The position numbers were made by a program, and so were the translations under genes. A DNA stretch of 64,000 nt from an uncultured Nitrososphaeraceae archaeon (GTDB lineage: Archaea; Thermoproteota; Nitrososphaeria; Nitrososphaerales; Nitrososphaeraceae), in the NCBI GenBank assembly GCA_963825865.1, contig CAWGVG010000027.1, positions 32,001 to 96,000 on the forward strand, given 5' to 3'. Positions 57,185-64,000 of the stretch are shown here, one piece after another. A model generated the notes under the pieces. That model had not been told where the DNA came from and made no database searches. It worked only from the letters and a program-made list of their open reading frames with translations. The stretch's first letter is position 1. Each line of letters opens with the position of its first letter.

Positions 57185-58476
57185 ATGGGTTATCGATTCA
57201 AAGAACAAGATAGTCATCCCCAACATAAAGAATCAAGAGATGTAGAGAATGTTCTTGTGTTGCAAGGAGGAGGCTCGTTAGGAGCATTTGCGTGTGGGGT
57301 ATTCAAAGCATTAGTAAAAAAGAATGTGAGAATAGACATAGTTGCAGGTACTTCTATAGGGGCTGTAAATGCTGCCATAATTGTTGGAAGCAAAAGTGAC
57401 CATCCTGAAAAAGAGTTGGAAAACTTTTGGATAGAGGTTGCAGAAAGTAGTCCTAATATTATTCCAGATATTTTTGTCCTTGATTATGATAATAACGCTA
57501 GGAAATACGTATCCAAGAAAATATCCGCTCGCTTCGGCTAATGCTGCGATGTTTGGTGTTCCTAAAATGTTTACTCCTGTATGGTGGCGTTGGTTGCCTT
57601 GGTCGCCTTGGAACCAATATGAAGATGATGATGACAATAAGATTTATGATCGCAATAAAAGAGAACAACAAGAACACTACTATGACTTTCTTAACCCAAG
57701 AAATTGGACTTATTTCTATGATCATTCACAACTTGCAAAAACACTTGATAGATACATAGATTATAAAAAGCTCAACCTTGCTGCAACAGAAGAAGAACTA
57801 CCAGGAGTTCTTCGCCTTATAATAACTGCTGTAGATGTGATGACAGCTAGACCGCTCATATTTGACAATGCAAAAATGGAAATAAAAGCAAAACATATTC
57901 TGGCAAGCTCTGGTTATCCGATATATGGATTTCCGTGGATTGAGGTTAAAGATAATGTATATGCATGGGATGGCAGCCTTCTTAGCAATACTCCCGTAAG
58001 AGAAGTTATTGAAGTATCTCCAAGAAATGATAAAAATATCTTTATTGTAGAAAACTACCCTCGGAAAATACAAAGACTTCCATCTAATATGGCAGAAGTT
58101 GAAAGTAGAGCTAAGGATATCATTTTCAGCGATAAGAATATGGATAATATAAAAATATCAAGGCTTATTACCAGACACATCCAGCTTATAGAAAGCTTGT
58201 ACGATATTGTGCAAAAGAAAGTCAGTCCGACTGAGATTGATCCTCATGAGTTGGAAAAAATAGAGTCAGAATATAACACTCTTATCACCAATTATGGAGC
58301 ACAGATAAAATCTGTTACAAGAATAATTAGAAGTGAATTAGAATCACCAAGCATGCTCGCAAAACGCAGACTTTTCCCCTAAAACAATCAAAGAACTAAT
58401 AGCGCAAGGTGAAACCAAGGCTATGGAAAAGTTATCGTATTGTCAGAGTGTTAAATATGACTTTAATGCAAAGTAG
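57185..58476 (+). CDS. patatin-like phospholipase, frameshifted
   Basis: QGGGSLGAF, GTSIG, WDGSLLSNTP, C-terminal ADFSPKTIKELIAQG. Confidence 0.88.
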
Positions 58477-58836
58477 TGATTTTTTTTACGCTCAGAGAAA
58501 AATCATGAAAGACATTAAAGATAATAAAGTCTATTATGCTAAAAAATGGCGATTCTACTACAAAAGCAGGGATTCAAAAGTATGTTGAAGAAAATCAAGA
58601 CAAGGAAATTATAAAAAAAGATATGAGATTGACAAGATGTCAGTCGAAGATCAAGATAGACTTTTGAACATGATGGAGAGTTGACAATTACAAAAGTTAG
58701 AAATACAAAAAACAGTAAAAACTAACGTTGTAATCTTTGCGACATCAAACAGTATAAAACGATTAAGTAAACCTCTACCCATAGATTCGCTATTTTTACC
58801 CAAGTCAAGAAGCAAGGATCGGTTATTATTATTATT

Positions 58837-59214
58837 ATGCACGGATACAAGAAAACTATAACATCAAGGTCAAAATCATTGTATGCTATGCTATTTCAAA
58901 TTCTTGCAGTTTGGGGTTGTATGCCTGAGATAACGAAGGACTGCGGAGATATGACAAATGCATCAAGTACATATCTAAGCATTGCTTTAGGAGCTATAAT
59001 TGGTGTAGTAATAAGTTGGTGGGTCTATAAGATGCAGAAGAAAACCGCTGTTAAACAAGATGAGACTCTCAGACACCTCAATGACCTGGAAGAAAGTCAT
59101 GATAGAGTTTTAAAATCTATACAGCGGTTCCAAAAACATCACGAAATGCTCCTCAGTCAATTACTTAATTTGGATAAAAAGATTGATGCCATAATTGAAA
59201 AGGAGGAAAGATAA
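58837..59214 (+). CDS. single-pass membrane protein with coiled coil
   Basis: YLSIALGAIIGVVISWWVY TM segment; real start probably near 58951. Confidence 0.65.
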   Translation: MHGYKKTITSRSKSLYAMLFQILAVWGCMPEITKDCGDMTNASSTYLSIALGAIIGVVISWWVYKMQKKTAVKQDETLRHLNDLEESHDRVLKSIQRFQKHHEMLLSQLLNLDKKIDAIIEKEER

Positions 59215-59799
59215 TAGAATTCCTCATCTTGAATACAGCTCACTCTTGCTCTTTTTGTCAAATAAGCAAAAATGGAGATGGTAAAGGTAGTGGAGGTATT
59301 TTCCATATCCTTCCTCTTGACGCCTATGAAAAATTTCTTTCTGTGGTTTTGTCAAGTCTCTGTCGGTTTTCTATGTCCTATCCTGACTGTAAACTTTCAT
59401 CGGATGACATATTGATTTCACTAATAAGGTGACGTATTTTATCTGACATTCTTTTTAGAGAATCTCTGTTCGGAACGGGGATATGATATTTCTCAGAATG
59501 TTGTATAATGTATGTTATAGAACCACCGAGTAAATCATATAATCTCTGATTAAGTAAGTCTTTTCATTCTTCTAACATCTTTTTCAATTCATCCATTATT
59601 TTTGCCAAACCTCAAAGTCGTTCATTTTTTAATATTATCAGCCTCTTTAGATTCTTCCCTGAAGACTTTCCCAATAGCTGTAATCAGTTCTCCTTTCCTT
59701 AGTCTATTGTCTATCTGCTTTATACTACTTTCTGTGTTCGTTTACGAGTACTTTCAAATAATTTCTCTTAATTCCTGTAAATATTCCATTAGAATTAAC

Positions 59800-60415
59800 A
59801 AGTTCTAAGGTAGGTGCAAAATTATTTGGGCCTAATGGATTATATTCTATTGAATGTTCGGGTTTCCTAAAAAGTCCTTATGTTCATTGACAGAGAAATA
59901 ACCGCAACTATTAATGGTATTATTGTCCAAACTTTTAAAGTCTCCAATTGATGGGAATATATTGTTTTGTTTCATGGTTGAAGATCATGAGAACAGCTTT
60001 ATAAAAATATATTTTATGATTAGACGATTCAACGATTAGCTAAATGAATTAGTGTTAGATTTATTAGGTTTATTCTTTTGTCCGACAACAGTTAACGCTT
60101 TTTCATTTTGCTAGCAACCGACGCTAAGTTAACAGACCCCTTTCTGTTGTTCCTTCTTCAGTTAGTAAAAGATAAAAAGTTTCAAACAATGACTTAACGA
60201 AGATGAGAGTGGACATCTGATTTTCTATCTTGTCCATATTGAAAATGGTTGAGTATTTTTGATTATCACTAATCCTTTCATTTTACTGAACCGGGATTTA
60301 ACAGTTGGTGTAATAACTTTAATTTCCTTTGCAATCTGTCTGTAAGATTTTCTACCCATATTGCATTAGAGAATTGATAATTTCTATCTCTATTTTTGTC
60401 AAGTTTAGTTTCCAA
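59800..60415 (-). pseudogene. degenerate Lrp/AsnC-type HTH regulator
   Basis: Manual translation: KLDK...IINSLMQ-GRKSYRQIAKEIKVITPTVKSRF, followed by multiple disruptions; boundaries approximate. Confidence 0.6.
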
Positions 60416-60635
60416 GATAATTGCAATTCAATAATGTACCTAATAATAATAATTATCCTTGTAAGATAAAACATATGATATTATGCTGATCTTTAATTCG
60501 TAAAGCCTAGGGGTATTAGATCATATTCATATTCATATAATAGTAAAAAAACAAATGTAATAGAGTATATTATAATTCCGTTTTAAACTATTAAGCATAT
60601 TCTGTGATTGTAAAAAAAATAGTAGAATTTGTATG

Positions 60636-61166
60636 TTATTTTGTCATATTGCCCATCTGTCCTTCTGCTGCTAATGGAGTTATTTCATTTACTCCTATGA
60701 CAACGGTGCTTGTATCCGGAAGTTTTATTGGACTGCCTGTTGGATTTTGTATTGCTATATCGGTAGTTACATTATTTCCTTGTGGAATATCTACGTGGTA
60801 AATACACATGCTGCCTGGTTTAGATAATTCCTTTACCAGTTCCATCGAGGCAGGTTTGACATTTGGAGCCTGTCCAACGAGTATCTTCAATGTAGCTACA
60901 GAATTTGCATCGCATGGTAGCTTTGATGCTATATGACCATTCATTATTTTGTACGGTGTGCTATCATAAAGGTGAATGAAGTCATTTGCTGGAATTGTCT
61001 TGCCATCTAACAAGATAGCAGAGGAGTCTCTCACAACACTATTACCTTTTGTCGCATTGCCACTTTGTCCTCTGACATCAGTAGGAGTTGCAATACCTCC
61101 AGCCAATGCTCCAGTTGCTATCATTAACCCTGCCAGAATGACAACAGTTAATTTTTGACTATTCAT
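60636..61166 (-). CDS. secreted hypothetical protein
   Basis: Signal peptide; HLYD, GHIASKLPCD, MCIYHVD. Confidence 0.75.
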   Translation of the reverse strand: MNSQKLTVVILAGLMIATGALAGGIATPTDVRGQSGNATKGNSVVRDSSAILLDGKTIPANDFIHLYDSTPYKIMNGHIASKLPCDANSVATLKILVGQAPNVKPASMELVKELSKPGSMCIYHVDIPQGNNVTTDIAIQNPTGSPIKLPDTSTVVIGVNEITPLAAEGQMGNMTK

Positions 61167-61395
61167 GGTACCGGTGTTTCTAATGGTTGCTATTAAACTT
61201 ATTATTTTACATTTGAAAGTAAGTTTGACTGGCTGTCAGTAAATAGCTGTTATTGTATCGCCAATATGTGTAATGGGATTTAGAATATTTGACAACGCTA
61301 TTGAGTCAGGCACTAGAAGTAATACAGCCACAAATTTTTCTTTACATTTGTAAACTTATCATATTATATTTCTGTTTATACATTGGACATATAGC

Positions 61396-61542
61396 ATGGC
61401 AAAAGATCCAGTATGTAATATGATGGTTGATGAAAAGAAAGCACGGCATATCTCTGAAGTAAATGGCGGGCAGAAAGTCTATCTGTGTTCAGCAGACTGT
61501 AAGAGTCAGTTTGATCAAAATCCTAACAAATATGGATACTAA
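61396..61542 (+). CDS. YHS/TRASH metallochaperone (48 aa, missed by the ORF track)
   Basis: MAKDPVCNMMVDEKK...YLCSADCKSQFDQNPNKY. Confidence 0.88.
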   Translation: MAKDPVCNMMVDEKKARHISEVNGGQKVYLCSADCKSQFDQNPNKYGY

Positions 61543-61759
61543 AGTCACACACACAGTAATAATAATCGCAGTAGATTTCTTAGCAAGATCAATATACAGA
61601 TTATGTACTTCCTTGAGTATAAGACGCCCGTCAGGGTTGTTTTTAGCGGTTGGCAAGTTTTAGTAACAACATAAACTCATCAAGTGCATAAATTTTACTT
61701 CATCTATCTATAAAATTTAAATGAAGATCCTTTATTTTCTTTTATGTACAATTGAGTTA

Positions 61760-62476
<717 letters not shown>

Positions 62477-62744
62477 GTCTTTTCTCTTTTAACTACATCT
62501 ATTTGTAGAAGAAATATAAAAAAGTATCATAGCCATTGTCATGATTTGACTTCCCAAAAAATTGGTTGATATCTGAGTCTACAAAAGCACATATGCACAT
62601 TTGAATCTAGCCAATTGATTGGAAAAGAAGGCTAGCGAATTTGAATTACATGTTCAAATAGAATATCTTCTCTAAAATGGTATTCTTTGTTGTTGTCCAT
62701 TGTATAATGATAACAGATTACGAAAGATATATTTTATTTTATTT

Positions 62745-63267
62745 TATTTTACATGAAATATTTCATTCACATTTGCAAATGATATGTCCGGCTGAGGACC
62801 TCCGCCAATCACGTAGATCTCATTTCCAATATGTACAGCTCGCTAATCCGTGACGCGCAGTGGGCATAGGATCTTCTTCAGTCCACTTATTTGACAGCGG
62901 ATCGTACCTTTCATTATTATTGAAAGTTTGGGTAGGTGCTTCCCCGCCAAAGACATAGATATTTCCGTTTACACCTGCAGCAGCTATACCTCCTCTTTTT
63001 GTCGGCATCGGAGCTAACTCAGACCAAGAATTAGCTGTTGGATCATATGCTTCATTATTACCTAAATTAGATGATTTACCAGCAGTTCTACCTCCAATTG
63101 CATATAGTTTTCCACTTACAACTGTAGAAGCAAGATGTTGTCTTGAAGTCGGCATCGGAGCTTTCTCAGTCCAAGTATCAGTACGGGGATCATATGCTTC
63201 GTTAACATTTAGCGGCCCAGAGTTGGTACCTCCAACTGCATAAAGTACGCCACTAATGAATTGGGCT
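62745..63267 (-). pseudogene. Kelch-repeat protein, C-terminal repeats only
   Basis: LYAVGG...EAYDPRTDTW, LYAIGG...YDPTANSW, IYVFGG...YDPLSNKW, IYVIGG. Confidence 0.8.
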
Positions 63268-63412
63268 CGACATTGACTAGTCTGTTAAATCTTGCCTTAA
63301 CAGTTGGCGTCGTAATGCCCGTTTCACGAGATATTTCACGAAATGACTTACGACCATCTTTTAACAATGCTTTTAGAATAGATACATCATAACCGTCCAG
63401 TTGAAAAGGCAT
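63268..63412 (-). pseudogene. N-terminal HTH of an Lrp/AsnC (CopR-like) regulator, truncated
   Basis: LDGYDVSILKALLKDGRKSFREISRETGITTPTVKARFNRL, then abrupt switch to Kelch sequence. Confidence 0.75.
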
Positions 63413-63518
63413 CTATTACGTACATGCTTATTTAGCTCGATCTCTATTAAATTTTTACAATTGTAAAGGTCTATACTTATACATCTGTTTTTCTAGCTAT
63501 AATGTAAGAAGATAAGAT

Positions 63519-64000
63519 ATGGCCAAAGACCCTGTTTGTGGCATGTTTGTTGAAGAAAAGCCAGATGCAATAAGGTATAACAAAGATGGAAGAGAATACT
63601 ACTTTTGCAGTAAGCAGTGCTTAAATGAATTTACTCAGCCTGAAAAAGAGCTAAGAAAGCTCAAGATATATGTTGCTATAAGCATTGCATTAACAATACC
63701 AATAGTAATTCTTAGCTTACCTCATATGTTTCCTACTCAGTTTGGTAGTAGTAGTATTCTCTTTCCTATGGACGTTATGCATTATGGTAATTACATAATG
63801 CTTGCATTAGCTACTCCATTACAATTCTGGATAGGATGGCGCTTCTATAGAGGATTGTGGGATGGAATCAAGGCTAAAGCATCTAATATGGATACACTTA
63901 TTGCGATAGGAACAACGGCTGCTTATTTGTATAGCGCAATAATAACCATAGCTCCTGGATATTTCCCATTCAAATCTGTTTATTATGAAACTGCAGCAAT
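63519..64000 (+). CDS. copA: heavy-metal (Cu) P1B-type ATPase with N-terminal YHS/TRASH domain; runs off the window
   Basis: MAKDPVCGMFVEE...YYFCSKQC; LATPLQFWIGWRFY...SNMDTLIAIGTTAAYLYS...YYETAA. Confidence 0.9.
   Translation, partial: MAKDPVCGMFVEEKPDAIRYNKDGREYYFCSKQCLNEFTQPEKELRKLKIYVAISIALTIPIVILSLPHMFPTQFGSSSILFPMDVMHYGNYIMLALATPLQFWIGWRFYRGLWDGIKAKASNMDTLIAIGTTAAYLYSAIITIAPGYFPFKSVYYETAA

Noticed and set aside
665-58476. Frameshifts in pyrG, polB, pfkB, dehydrogenase, patatin and others as programmed frameshifting or mass pseudogenisation
   Set aside because: They hit essential genes at scattered sites with no common slippery motif; long-read indel error is the simpler explanation.

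Overview
AT-rich archaeal chromosomal window. Gene content (Cdc6/Orc1, S26e, archaeal ThrRS, PolB, NAD kinase-HTH, poly-N/T/S low-complexity proteins) points to a soil ammonia-oxidising archaeon (Nitrososphaeraceae); this is inferred from gene families, not from a search. Many genes, including essential pyrG and polB, are split by single-base frameshifts, most likely long-read indel errors, so pseudogene calls are cautious. Layout: (1) 1-14.4 kb housekeeping genes; (2) 14.7-26.6 kb sugar-modification cluster (NDP-sugar dehydrogenase, PIG-L deacetylase, two ATP-grasp ligases, a BshC-like protein, PHP hydrolase, hexapeptide acyltransferase) interrupted by an IS with an IS481 nested inside it; (3) about 29-46 kb integrated element with a truncated tyrosine integrase, Zn-finger proteins, a P-loop replication protein, a phage-type SSB-like gene and a capsid-less 'late-like' module; it also carries three secreted paralogues sharing leader DNA and an N-terminal Cys domain but with different C-terminal domains, plus an orphan chimeric cassette; (4) 46.5-58.5 kb housekeeping genes (Dol-P-Man synthase-like, thrS, speB, polB, patatin); (5) 59.8-64 kb copper-homeostasis locus. 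The best novelty candidates are the modular secreted-protein cassette array, the satellite-like element with two proteins sharing a C-terminal VIRxLxFMRKV motif, and the BshB/BshC-like ATP-grasp pathway.
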